This document shows, piece by piece, positions 25,750-38,442 of a stretch of 64,000 nucleotides of DNA. The notes beneath the pieces were generated by a model. That model made no database searches. It saw only the letters and a list, made by a program, of their open reading frames with translations, and was not told where the DNA came from. The stretch's first letter is position 1, and the number at the start of each line of letters is the position of its first letter. The stretch is from the NCBI GenBank assembly GCA_030770535.1, contig JASVEC010000028.1, positions 124,001-188,000 of the forward strand, given 5' to 3'. Made by a program: the position numbers and the translations under genes. The DNA comes from Batkoa obscura. Taxonomy: Eukaryota.

Positions 25750-26401
25750 ACATAGACCTGTTTTTTTTGCTAGATTCTTAAAATTACTTGCTATGTATTT
25801 AAAAAATGTTGACCTAGCTATTGCTTTATCTTTTAAATTATCAAATATTGTATAATAATCATAACTTGTTCATTTCTTTTTTTTCTTTTTTTGTTTTATT
25901 ATAAAATTCCATTTCGAAGTTTAGTTATAAAAGCTTGTATTTTATTTTAATTTTAATTTTAATAAAAAGTAAAGTCAAATAACTATATATATATATATTA
26001 TATATTGTATATCTATTAAACATTTAAAATAATAACATAAAGCATATAGTTAAAAATGTTAAAAATTTTAAAAAATAGAACAATTATAATAAATCTCTTA
26101 AGTTAAATTTTATTGTTTAATTTTAAGCTTCTTAACTTTAACTAATCATATAGAGACTTACAAATTTAAAAACTTAAAATTCGGATTAATTTTTAACTAA
26201 ATTCTGAAACCAATTCAGACATCCCCATTTATTTAAAAGCATTAAAATTATTATGATTATATAATAAAAACTATCGATACCATTAATACAGGATAGCAAA
26301 TTAATAAAAGAAAAACTGGAAATTTAAAAAGTATAAATTATAAGGGTTGTAGATAAAAAGAATGTATTGATATATTTCAAAATAAAGTTAAAGTATGCCG
26401 T

Positions 26402-28738
26402 CTATTGAAAACCATGTGGTGGTATCTTATTAGTTGTTATAAGTTCATTGACTCTTTTAAGTGCAGCATCAAAGTCCCATTCATATTGGCTTAAGCATCT
26501 TTTAGAAAAAACCTCATTTAAATTAGTTTGGCTCATAAGCGCAATCATTTTATCTTTTTGAAGTGGGTCGTAGTTTCCATTTAATTGGATGGTATTTTGA
26601 ACTACGGGTTGCACATGAGGAGTATGTTGAACTATGGTTTGTGGTTGCGCCTGAGTAGCATGTTGTACCGCAATTTGTGGCTGTATTTGAGTATTATGTT
26701 GAGGTGCAATTTGTGGCTGAGCTTGAGAGGTATTCTGTATTAGGTTCCACGCTGGGTTGGATTCATAGTTACGTATTACTAAAGAATCACTTATAATTCT
26801 GAATTGAATTCCAGCCAATTGTGCTGGAGACCCTTCTAAAGGAAGGCCGATTATGAAAAAACGGTCAAAAGAATATGATTTATTCCTGTTTACTAATCAA
26901 ATGTCAATGTCAAACTTTATAGATAAAATATTTAATTACCATTTAAAAACTCGCCGTGAATATTCAAACTGATAAAAGGCTTAGGTTCAGCAGTGTTGAG
27001 CGGTGCGAATTCAGTCAACAATTGAGCCTCAACAGAAAATTTACTTGTATCGCTAAAAGGATGCATTGTTTCAGGAAGCTCTTTTAAACAATTAATAATA
27101 GCTTCGCCCCCAGTATATTGACGAGAAACACGTTTGGCTAAATAAATTAGTATATAAAATTAACATATATATGAGTACTTACTATGCTCTTTGACGAATT
27201 TTAAATTACGGTTGAATTTATAATACATACCAAGCGATTTTTTAGGGTCATAATTATTTTCACTATATGGTATCATCAACGAAAAAAGAGCCTGGGAGTC
27301 ATAATAATTGAATAGTCCTCCTCTATCCTTATCAAAAAGAGAGAAGTAGTTATAAAGGAAAGTATTAGCAGCATTTAAAGTCTGATCATCTGAGAAGTAG
27401 TGAGGGGCAGGAGCTACTGGTAGATCGATGCGGGAATTCGTTTGAGAAAGGGATGTGCCAGCACCAAATTGTAAATCGTTTTTAATTACTTGACCATCAA
27501 TGAGTTTAATTGCTGGAAATAATTTGCATATTTCTTTACGGTAATCAATTAAATTCACATCATTTTTTTTCATCTCTCTTTCATAAAGAGGATTGCTAGA
27601 TAAATGGAGTTCTTCAACAACAATATTGTTTGCCTTTGCAAGATCCTCCAAATCTTTATAAGATGTAAAATTATTTTGTTTTAATGAAAAGCACTTAATT
27701 TCTGGGAAAAAATCTCCAAGGTATTTAAGGCAGTTCGTATCAGCGAGTCTATTAGAATCAAGGATAATTGCCCTAGGCTAAAATACAAATATAAATATAT
27801 ATTACTTTACTATTAACTCCTACAATACCTGACATCTAAGCAACTTCGCTGCTTTAAAAAAGAGTTTAGGAACCCCTGAATCTCTCCCAAGTTTATTAAA
27901 CGATTTGATCTTATTGTCTGATAGTAGTCTATCTTCATTCATTTTAGAAAAATCCAATATGTGTGAATTTGGATCAAAGCGGTTGGTAATAAATTGTTTA
28001 AGTATTTCTAGTTTTTTTTCCTTGGCTAAAACGTCTTCGGAAGAATCAGATTTTTCTTTAGTTACAAAAATCTAAATGAATTATTAAAATAGATAAAACA
28101 AATTTTATACTGTATTACCTTGGACTTTTTATGAGCTCGACCATGCAATTTCAATACTTCGCTTGCTTGCCTCATATTCTGAACTATTACGCTAAAAGTA
28201 CCATTCTCTTCTTTAGTCTAAATAATCATTAACTGTAAATTAAAGTTTGAGCTTAAAAAGTTACCTCAAGTATTTTTATTGTCCCACGAGTATTATCCTC
28301 AATATACTTGATCAATTCACCAGCACTTGAGTTTTTGAAACCACGAATCTTTAAATGTTATTACATTGTCTTTTTTATAAAACAATTCGATTTACCTTTA
28401 AAGTTTGTTTCACATTATCCTGAGATTTTTTACCGTGAAAATTGTTTCCTCTTGGTCTACCACCGTATGGCGTACTTCAAAATGTAAGTGAATAATTTAT
28501 TAAATGTGAAGTTTAGTTACTTTGTATTACGGTGTCCTGCTGGTCTCATTATTAAATCTCCATCTTCATCATATTCTGGTTGGTTTGAAGTGCCCTCTCT
28601 CTGAAGGCTCCTATTTGCGTTATTAAAACTACGCCCGAAGCTTCCGCCTCTTCCACGTCCTCTTCCACGTCCCCCTCCACGCCATGAACCTTCTCCTCTA
28701 TCATTAAATTTTGTGCCAGAATTGCCCTGCCAATCCAT
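26402..28738 (-). CDS. MEX67: mRNA export factor Mex67/NXF1 (multi-exon)
   Basis: RGG-rich N-terminus, LRR (ELHLSSNPL...FPAIKLIDG), NTF2-like segment (FLYNYFSLFDKDR...YYD..ALFSL) and TAP-C/UBA domain (QTNLN..FSKRCL....WDFDAA...IPPHGF). Short GT-AG introns. Confidence 0.92.
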
Positions 28739-30434
28739 TTCTAAAAAAAAATGCAAAGCTAGATTATAAATTTATGGGTTAAATATAACAGCCACGAGTT
28801 AGCCAATCAAGTAAAGTTTTGCTACAAATTTTTAAAAAGCACTATTGAGTAAACGTAAATGGCCTACTTTTACAGCTGTTAAAACTCAAATATGCAATTT
28901 CTCGCAGAATTTATTTAGCTACTATTTGTTTGCTTGTAATTTTTAAAGCCTAATCCTTATGTTTTAATGAAGCTATGTTTAAACTATTTTTCTTAAATGA
29001 ATAGTCAGCTATTCTACTACATATATAAACTTTAACAGCTTTACTGATCAAAATATTTAAGGAGATATCATGTATTCACTCAAGTGACTCTATATAGTAT
29101 TGATAAAAGGAAGTATATAATTTATCCTATTAGTTTATGATGACAGTGGGTGATATAAAGTTTGAGCTTAAATTTTATTAAGACTAAACTTGTTGGTTAT
29201 AAACTTAGGTTACACAGTTAAAGATTTTGTGAATTTTCACTATAATTTTTAAAAGTAATTAGCTAAAGCTATTAACAAATAAACAAAACACTATCTAGTT
29301 TTATCTTCCTTAGTTTAGAGCTCAAATACAACGATTATTCAAAATATTCACTGCCACGTAATTTTAAATTAGTACCAGTTAAATTTTAAATTAGTGTCAA
29401 AAGCGAAGTCATAAACAAAAACATCAAATTATTAAATTCATCAGAAATAAGTAAGATATACTTGAATGAAAGGAAAAAAAAGAAAACGAGCATCAAAACA
29501 TCTGATAATGCTTTTAATTTAGTATCAAAATGAATGAAAGAACTAAAATATAGTACTTTGATAAACTTTGTTTTATTATGTGCTATATATAAATACAAAA
29601 AGAATAAAAAATAGAATAATGAGCTATTGATATGATAAATTATTTAAAGTCTAATCACTTAAATCTTTTCGAAAATCTCAACTCTATTTTCAATTATTTG
29701 GCGCCACTGTTAATCTTGTATAATTCATAGTTTTTATTGCTTACTATAACCGTAACCTTGGTAAGCCTATATATAGTTACAGCCTTCATGTATCTACCAT
29801 TATTCTTCGGTAATGGTGTTACCAAATATGCCCAATATTTAGCTACATGTTGTAGTCACAATTATATCAATGTAAAATATTTTGGACCTTTAGAGCATAT
29901 ACGGATTGCTTTGAGTTGCTAGGATTACATTTGCTGTGATTTATCTAGTTCACTTGTGAACCCAATCTATAATTATCATCTTTAGATATAATAAAGTCAA
30001 GCATATATAATAATGACTAATTTAGACTACCTTAGTCTCTGTTATGTTTGCTTCAAAAATATAAGAAGCCTTTTACAAAGTTTCCCTAGTATTACCAAAT
30101 CAAAGGAAGCTATAGATAAGCTGGCTTTTCTTGGTATGATATCCGCCCTACAAGTTTCCTGATTATCGCAATCTTGATCATATTGTTTGTAGTGATTCAA
30201 TACTTGACAGCTTAAAGTTCCCCTTTAATCATAATGTTAACCTTTTACAATAGTATCGAGTTTAAGTAATTAAATGCTTTAGTTTGTAGTTATTAAATAA
30301 TCTATTACGTAGTTAGAACAAACTGGTCAAGGTTACATTTATTTATTTATTTACTAAAATTAAACAAGATCAATTGTTAAATTAAATTTTTATTATAAAT
30401 TCAAATAAATAATAAATCCGATACAATGTTTGTA

Positions 30435-32297
30435 TTAAGCAAATCCTTGACCTTTGTTACATGATTGACCAGAATAACCTGCAGTTAAGATACAAAGGAA
30501 CTTTTCTTTACATTTTTCATCGCATGCTTCTTGCTGGGCACCGTATGAATTTCTTAATTGATAATATTTATTGAAGAGCTCATTATCGGTCTTCATTTTG
30601 TTAACAACATTGTGCCAGAATCTAGAATCTAGATATTTACCAGTATAGCTTGGATTGTAAGTATCTCTAGCAGTGTATAATAATTTCCATTCCATATCAT
30701 CAGTCCATTTTGAAGCTTCTTTCAAATCAGCAGAATAATGGAAATAATCTACTACCTTGTAGTTTGATGCGTCAACTTTGTAAATTCTAAACGATGGGTT
30801 ATGACCACCCAACGTAGACATTGATGGAGCTAAATATCCGACTTGGAAAGCAGTTTCTTCAGTTCTGTTTGAACGAACATCATAACTAATCTCAAAGGTA
30901 TCATAATGCTCGTGACCAAAGAACTGACCAACGATAGTAGATTTATAACGTTGGGAAATAGAATTATATTGTAATGACCAATGTTTAAAACAATCGCTAG
31001 AGCCTGGGGATATATGTGATACAACATAAACCTTTTGGGCTTTCTTTTCGGATTGATCCAACTCTCCAATAAACCATTTTAACATGTTGTTTATATCAGA
31101 GTTAGATGGATCCAATAGTAGCTGGAAGTTGAACTTGTAACATAAGTTGTCATTTAAGGATATAATCTTTAAATCGCTATTATGCTCTACTGAGTAGTAT
31201 CCATTCTTTTGAACGCTAGTTAATGCTTGCTGTGGTAACCACCCCTTCCATTGTTCAGATATAAAGTTATAAAGCCTTAAGAATTTCTTATCTGATTTCC
31301 CATCTACCATAAATTGATTAACTGGCACTGCTTCATGATTACCAATGGTAGGATACAGTTTGTTCTTTTTTGGTACTAAATAGCTACTCAAAAGGTCAAA
31401 TGCTCCTTTTTCTACACTTTCGGTACGTTCAACACTCTCCTTCCAGAAATCATGGGCTGGTACATCACCAGAAAACAAAATCATTTCCAAAGGATACTTG
31501 GTACTCGTTTTTACAGCATTTTTCAACAATGATTGTAATAAATCTTTATTAGCATCACATTTATAGTCACCCCATTTACCAGCTGGTTTCTTAACAGTTT
31601 GGTCTTTCAAGTCACTATTACTATCTTTTTGGCAGCAAATCGGTTTATTACAATCAGTCTCAGCACCAACCAAATACTCGGCATCATAGTGAAGATCACT
31701 TAAATGTAATACATATTTAAAGTCGTTAGACTCCTTTTCTTTTGGAGGATTTTTAGGTCCTTCTGGAAGTTGTAAAGCGGTCACTTCTATATCTGGGAAA
31801 GGGCAAATATCGCCTAGTGAAACACAAGCCACTTGGCGGACATAAGGATCGTCTCTATTGATATAATATAGTACATCATAAAGCTCAGAGCCTGTAGATT
31901 GAGCTATACCATTACAAACAGACTCAGGTTGATCTGAAGCGGCTTGGCAAAGTTTATCAACAGCTGAAATAACAGCACTCTTAGTAAATGGTACATGTGT
32001 GATAAGAGATAAGGCCCCTATACCTACTTGACAAGCTTTACATTTGAGTTCTTCTTTAGCATCAACAAATAAACCAGATAAAGCCATGAAAAATTTGTCT
32101 AAGGAGCTGCTACGTTGATTGTTCCCGTCTTTGAGCTCATTGACTGCTTTTTCAACTTCTTGATTCCATTCGAGAAATTGAGTCTCATTAGTCAACTTAA
32201 AGATATAATCGGTGGCATCAGTACTACTAGCAGTGCCTTGGGCTAAAACCAAAGGTAGAAGAGAGCTTAAAGCAATGATACTACTAAATAACTTCAT
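30435..32297 (-). CDS. Secreted acid sphingomyelinase-like phosphodiesterase, paralog B
   Basis: Signal peptide, saposin domain, and motifs SDLHYD, SGDVPAHD, GNHE and GHEH. Colinear with 12976-14847. Confidence 0.93.
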   Translation of the reverse strand: MKLFSSIIALSSLLPLVLAQGTASSTDATDYIFKLTNETQFLEWNQEVEKAVNELKDGNNQRSSSLDKFFMALSGLFVDAKEELKCKACQVGIGALSLITHVPFTKSAVISAVDKLCQAASDQPESVCNGIAQSTGSELYDVLYYINRDDPYVRQVACVSLGDICPFPDIEVTALQLPEGPKNPPKEKESNDFKYVLHLSDLHYDAEYLVGAETDCNKPICCQKDSNSDLKDQTVKKPAGKWGDYKCDANKDLLQSLLKNAVKTSTKYPLEMILFSGDVPAHDFWKESVERTESVEKGAFDLLSSYLVPKKNKLYPTIGNHEAVPVNQFMVDGKSDKKFLRLYNFISEQWKGWLPQQALTSVQKNGYYSVEHNSDLKIISLNDNLCYKFNFQLLLDPSNSDINNMLKWFIGELDQSEKKAQKVYVVSHISPGSSDCFKHWSLQYNSISQRYKSTIVGQFFGHEHYDTFEISYDVRSNRTEETAFQVGYLAPSMSTLGGHNPSFRIYKVDASNYKVVDYFHYSADLKEASKWTDDMEWKLLYTARDTYNPSYTGKYLDSRFWHNVVNKMKTDNELFNKYYQLRNSYGAQQEACDEKCKEKFLCILTAGYSGQSCNKGQGFA

Positions 32298-34043
32298 GTT
32301 ATATAAAAAGAATGGTACTTCAAATATTTTATTGTTTTCTGAAGACTCATATTTGTTAATTTATACCATCTTATTTTAGTTTTTCTTATTAAGTTATTTT
32401 TTGTACTTTTATTTTGTACTTTTATTTTGCTTTTGTACTTTTAAATCAATAAAATTTAGCAAATAATTTTACGTCATTCTCCCCATCTGCTTTTTAAATC
32501 AAATTCTAAACAAATATGGGTCTATTATCAATATTCAATTTTTAGTCAGCTCACTATTCAATATTATATTCAATAAACTATTCAAAACTTTTACATGAAT
32601 AATTTTACATAAATACTCTAAAATTGAAAACAATGTAACATAATAGTGATTTTAGTATAAACTCTAATAAATAAAATATCACTTACATTTTTTATGATGC
32701 TAAATGTATACCAATTTATATAGTATTTAAAAAATTTAACAGCTACAATGGTTATACTTAACACAAGCGTTATTGATATAAATAATAAACCCTAAATTTC
32801 ATTATGGTCAATTCTTACTATAAACAATCAAAATCGCCCCATAGTTGCAATTTTATTATTACCAAAGATCAATTGTTATATACATAAAAAGATAATAGGT
32901 AATATTATAAGATATCAAGTAATATAAGCAATAAAACTATAGCTGAATTCTAGCCCTTATAGAATAATGATTGATTATTATTGAAAAAAAAATACAAAGT
33001 AGTCTAATGTCATTTGTATTTTGCTGAAGTTAAAATTGTTTTATACTTATTCTTCATAAAATTATTTTCAATCTGATTTATGGGTTACACAAGATTTTAA
33101 CTTAAAGTAATAATATACATTAAATAGTTGAAGCATAGGATACTCAATATACTATTAAAATCTATTTATATTATTAATGTAAAACGAAAAACAAAGTATA
33201 ATACATATGGGTAAGTTTAAAAGCCAAGTCGAAGTTAAAAATAAAATTTTCCAATTCACTTTCTTTTGTCTATTTCCTATGTAGCATAAATTTTTAAAGA
33301 AACTGTTAACTAAAATCGAATAAAAAAACGTACCAACATGAACTATTCTAAAATTAAGCAAGAGCAAATATTTTTGTAGCATTTAGTGCTTAATTTGCAA
33401 CTTTGCAAAAAATCAAGTTGAATAAAATTTGAATCAAGCTTTTAAACTAACCCGTATACTAAATCATTTAAAAATCATCAGTAAGTTTTTGTATAAAGCA
33501 TAAGTTAATAGCTTAGTGTATCCTTTAATTAGGGATATTTTAAAACCTAAGTAGATCTAATAAATCTAGCTATAATTCTGTTTACCGTTAATTATAAGTA
33601 GAACTAATAGTATTTTTATTTTAAAGAGTAATTGATAGTTCTAATAACTTATAGAACTTATAAAGCTCTTTCATTTCAAATCCAATAGTTTGTTAAGTTT
33701 TTAGTTATAAACTTGTTTTTCTCTATTAGTTTGTTAAAATTATTAAATACAGCTAGTTGTTTTTTCAAAAAGCATTAAATTAAAAACCAGTAATCTTATA
33801 TGAGCCATTAAATTTGAAAACTAGGGGTTTATTAGTGAGAAATTTGATATACCAAGTTAATTTTAAATAAAGAGTTTTTCAAAGCGGCTTCCTATAGTTT
33901 ATCATTTTCAACAGCAAGAGGCTGTAAGTATCCCTATTTCCTCTATCTTAGTATTATGTTCCTCCCCTGTTATTCTCTTTCCCCACTTAGCTCTTTTGCT
34001 CTTTATTTCTTTTTATAAAACTTTATGAATTTACTGATTACAT

Positions 34044-34312
34044 GGGAATATCTTTTACCTATTGCCTTTTGCTATTTTTAAATTTTAAAAATTAGCTAAT
34101 CAATGCAGCTGTAAGTTCAAATATGCGCTAGCAAACGATAAACTTTATAATCAACTATTTGTTTTATTGTGCTGATTTGAGACTTGTTAGTTTAATTTTT
34201 ATTTCATAATGAACAGTTAGCTAGCGTATATTTAAGCTTGAACAGTGTACTAGTTAACTAATTTCTAAATTTAAAAAATAGCAAAAAAGGACAACTGGTA
34301 AAAAACATCCCC
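34044..34312. mobile_element. 269 bp foldback MITE with ~110 bp imperfect inverted arms
   Basis: GGGAATATCTTTTACC...TTTTGCTATTTTTAAATTT...ATATGCGCTAGC mirrors GCTAGCGTATAT...AAATTTAAAAAATAGCAAAA...GGTAAAAAACATCCCC. Flanks ACAT/ATGT are each one change from ATAT. Confidence 0.75.
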
Positions 34313-35342
34313 ATGTATAACGTATAGATTTTAAAATAGGGGAAATTAATTAACAATAGGTTTAGTTTTATGATTAATTCGAAAGACTTTTAATAACAAT
34401 AGAAGCTAGGTTTGATATTTAAAGTTAAAAAATAGAATGTATTCTCAAATTTAGTAATAAAATCAAACGATCGAAATAAGAAAGGACTATATTTAAACAC
34501 TTTACATGCGTTGATAACATTTTAAAAATAAAATAAAATAAAGTGGAGACAAAAATAGCATATTGCGAAGTTTAACCTCAAAATCTAGGATTGCTCTAGA
34601 AATGTAACTTTTAAACCAAACAGATTTTTTAAAGCAAAATAATCATGCAAAAATAGTGCAATCAACCATTAATAAGTAAAGTAGCCCAAAATAATCAAAA
34701 CCTTTTTATGAAATAAATCTTATTAGGAAACCATTGATTCCTGATTTTTATGGGATAAAAATCAAACTAATCAAAATGCTAATGATTTTAAGATTTGAGG
34801 ATACAACAAGCTTAATTGGCTAGAATATTGATTTGGTTTTGACAGAGATTTGAAAAGCTTTTCTACAGATTTGAATCACATGAAAAGGGTGTAGTCCAAT
34901 TATGTAGCTATTTCTTAAGTGAGGGTCAGTGATTGGATAAGAATGACTAATATTCTAGCCATTGCGCTAAACTGGGTTATAAATAGCGGTATGTGAGCTG
35001 CTATTACTAAATATGGACATAATTTAAGAAAAGTTCAAGCAAATTTTGATGGATTATATTACTTGTGAACATTTTATTAGCTGTAGCTTATTAGGTGAAT
35101 AAAACTTATAAACAAGAAATAATTGATATTTTTTCAAAGTTTAATAATTAAAAAGACAAATTTAAATAAAAATCAACTTTATTTTATTATTTATTTAACA
35201 AACCACTTAAGTAGTAGCATTAACACTGTTATTATAGTTTATTAAATATATAAATTTCACTTTCAACTAAGTTATTTCAGTTTGCAAGTCCGCCTATTTA
35301 CCTAAGATAAAGACTAAACGAATCAAAATTTACAATAATAAA

Positions 35343-36557
35343 ATGGAAGAGAACGGTCAGCCATATCGATACCCATACATATATTATGAGATAGATCCAA
35401 TGAGAATAGTAGATTTAGTTTGTAAGTGCTTTTATATATTTTTAAAGTAGAAATTAAAATTTTAAATCATTTCAATTTATTAAGCGGAACTTTTAATTGA
35501 ACTTGTTCGACGTAATGATGATAATCCAACAGCGTTAGCGTCAGTAACACGCTTCCACTCAAGAGCCCCACCATCTATTGGTATTCATGAATATTTGACA
35601 AGAATAGTAAAATATACGCCAATAGAAAATGAAGTATTGTTGGCGTCTTTAGTTTATATAGATAGGTTATGTGATGTCAATCCAACCTTTGCAATTACTT
35701 CATTATCAGTTCATCGTTATTTAATAACTGCTATTACTATTGGTTCCAAAATATTTTGTGATAGTTATTGTACAAATTATCATTATGCTAAAGTAGGTGG
35801 ATTGACTACACAAGAATTAAACAGTTTAGAATTAGAATTTAGTTTTTTAGCTGATTGGAAATTAATTATTCCGACCCCGACTATTCATAATTATTATTTA
35901 GGTATGCTGCGGCAGTCAAAAAAATATCATATGATTGAATATGATACTTTAATTGATCCTTTACCTGCTCCTATTTTACCACATCAACCACAACAACATC
36001 CTATCAAAAAACAGTTGAAAGCATCAGATGTTCCAAACCAGTATCAACAACAGCAACAACAACAGCAGCATTTGATGCCACATAACTCATCAAATCAACG
36101 CATTCTAACGCATAATCAACTACAGCAGCCAGTGATATCAAATAATAGTCAAATACACCAACAGATAGCAATAAATAGCAATCAGATATTTCATCAACAG
36201 CAACAATACCAAAGAACGTCTCAAGTGCTCCCTCATCCTAATAGTTATCCAAATCAAGTGAATAATGGTAATGTCAATTTGTACCAACAGCACTATCAGC
36301 CTAATTTTAGGCAAATACGCCCAAATTCTAATATACCACCAGTAAGACAAATGCCAGTACAATATGCACCTGTTGGGCAGGGATCTATTCATCGACCTAT
36401 CCTTCCTAATGTAAATGCCATTCATTCTCAAGGTCACACACCTCAAAGAGATCAATTTACTTCTACTTCACCAGATGATGACTCAGAAGAAGGCCTAAAT
36501 AGTATGGTTAATCGTTCTAATAACGCAAAAAATCGGGCGTCTATTGCTAAATCTTAA
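35343..36557 (+). CDS. PHO80/PCL-family cyclin with a Q/N/P-rich tail
   Basis: ATG at 35343, intron 35422-35484. Motifs TRFHSRAPPSIGIHEYLTRIVKY, LVYIDRL, VHRYLITA..IGSK..CD and YAKVGGL...ELNSLELEF. Confidence 0.92.
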
Positions 36558-36708
36558 CAATTTTTTTAACTGCTATTTTTGTATTTCCCTCGTTGTTTAC
36601 TTTATTATAAAAATAAAATGAATAAAAATTATATTTTGTTTTAAATAACAAATACTCGTTTATTAAGCTTTACTTTTTATTTAGGGTTATTTGATAAAAA
36701 CGGTTGAT

Positions 36709-37827
36709 TCATTCTTTTTTATCTGAAGGTTCACCACCCATCCATTTGAAAATGCTTGAAAAATCTTTATTTTCAAATCCTTCAGTTTTTGACACTCTAT
36801 TATATAATTGATGAGAAATAGATCCTAGCATGACATTAGCTTTAACTGAATTAGCCGCATCAACTGCCAATCCCATATCCTTAGCCATAAGAGAAACCCC
36901 AAAGCCTCCATTATAATCTTTAGAGGCTGGTACGTTAGGATGAACACCTGGACAAGGGTTATAAGTATCACTAGACCAACATCTGCCGGATGAAGTGTTT
37001 AAAATGGAAGCTAATAATTTAGGATCCATACCCAATTTTTGGCCTAAATTCATTGCTTCTGAAGTACCAATCATACCAATACCTAATAACATATTATTAC
37101 ATATTTTAGCAACTTGGCCATTTCCATTGGAGCCACAATATACAATATTTTTGCCCATATACTCTAAATAGCTTTTGACCAACTCAAAATCTGAGGTTGT
37201 TTGAGAGCCTACCATAAAGGTAAGGGTTCCAGCTTCTGCACCCAAAACACCTAATAATCATCAATAATTAATTTACACAATCAGAGTTTAGTTACCTCCA
37301 GATACTGGCGCATCAACCATAGTACAATTTTTTTTATTAACAATGTCAGCAACTTCTTTAGATACATGAATATCAATAGTTGAGGAATCGATGAAAACGG
37401 AGCCTGGTCTGATACCTTTTAATAGCCCATTTTCACCTAAATAAACACTTTGTACATGTTTTGAAGCAGGTAACATAGTAATGATGACGTTGGCCTCTTC
37501 AGCTACCTGTTGAGCATTTTTGACAACCTTTACTTTGTCTTTCCCTTCAGTAAACTTGGCTAAGATAGCTTCATTGGTGTCATACAGCACCATTTTTTGT
37601 CCGCTCTTTTTATATATATTGTTGGCCATGTGGTATCCCATTTGACCTAAGCCGATAAAACCTATAGTGGTGTTGCTTGTATCTAAAGGTAGATTAAATT
37701 AAATGTTTATCAACAATATAATATTAAGTTGGTTACCATTTGAAGAGTAAAATCTTTTGCTATTTAATTTAAATAAGGAAGAGGAGATCAAACGGGTGTT
37801 TTTATTTATTAGATTTACTTTCAACAT
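36709..37827 (-). CDS. 3-hydroxyisobutyrate dehydrogenase, mitochondrial
   Basis: IGFIGLGQMG Rossmann motif, DAPVSGG, AKICNNMLL and SSGRCWSSDTYNP. Two short introns near 37252-37295 and 37683-37736. Confidence 0.95.
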
Positions 37828-38442
37828 GTTGATAACTTTGTATTAAGTTTGTTATAATTAATAAAGAAAATAGTTTTTTATTTGATTTTTATTATAATAC
37901 TGACTAAATTTTAGGTAGCCCAATCATTACAATGCTTTCGAAATAATTTAAAACTTAATCAATCATAAAAATTTAGCTAAATTTACTTTACACTTAGCAA
38001 ATGGGTTTTCTCCAATCAGATTAAATTTGACGTGGTGGCTTAAATTTCTACTATTTTAAATTAAGGCTTTGGATGTTTAAATTATCTTACTACTTCTTTA
38101 ATGTTGCTGGTGAATTTTATCGTGCTGTTGGGATCTTTTTTGCTTTTACAGTAATTTCTGCTAGTAGTTAATAAATTGGTTGCTGTTGTTAAAAGTTTTT
38201 TAAGTTGCTATATTTGAAGACTTACACTACTAGATGTACTAATTCAAAAATAGCTTTACAGGTGATTTTCAAAATATCTTGATGTTTATAAACAGCTCAA
38301 ATAAAGCAACTTTTTGATTGATTATTTTTAGTTTATATTAGATAATAAATGATCAAATATCCTAACATAAAGCTTAGGCTATTAGTAAATGCAATTGCTA
38401 TGTAACATAACTCATCAGCTAATAATCTTACTATTTAAGCCT

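Larger units (their letters stand above)
23724..26226 (-). mobile_element. Sola2-like DDD DNA transposon, decayed copy B (stop codon, deletions, solo LTR insertion)
   Basis: TIRs GGGGGTGTCCGAATTGGTTTCA and TGAAACCAATTCAGACATCCCC; flanks ATAT/ATTT. Transposase fragments 24420-25287 are near-identical to 45990-46851, including WADTGYHFK and FFAEHHGKSIVDGHF. Confidence 0.9.

Noticed and set aside
29386..30230. Short ORFs and a coding-like patch downstream of sphingomyelinase B
   Set aside because: Non-ATG starts, frequent stops and no identifiable homology.
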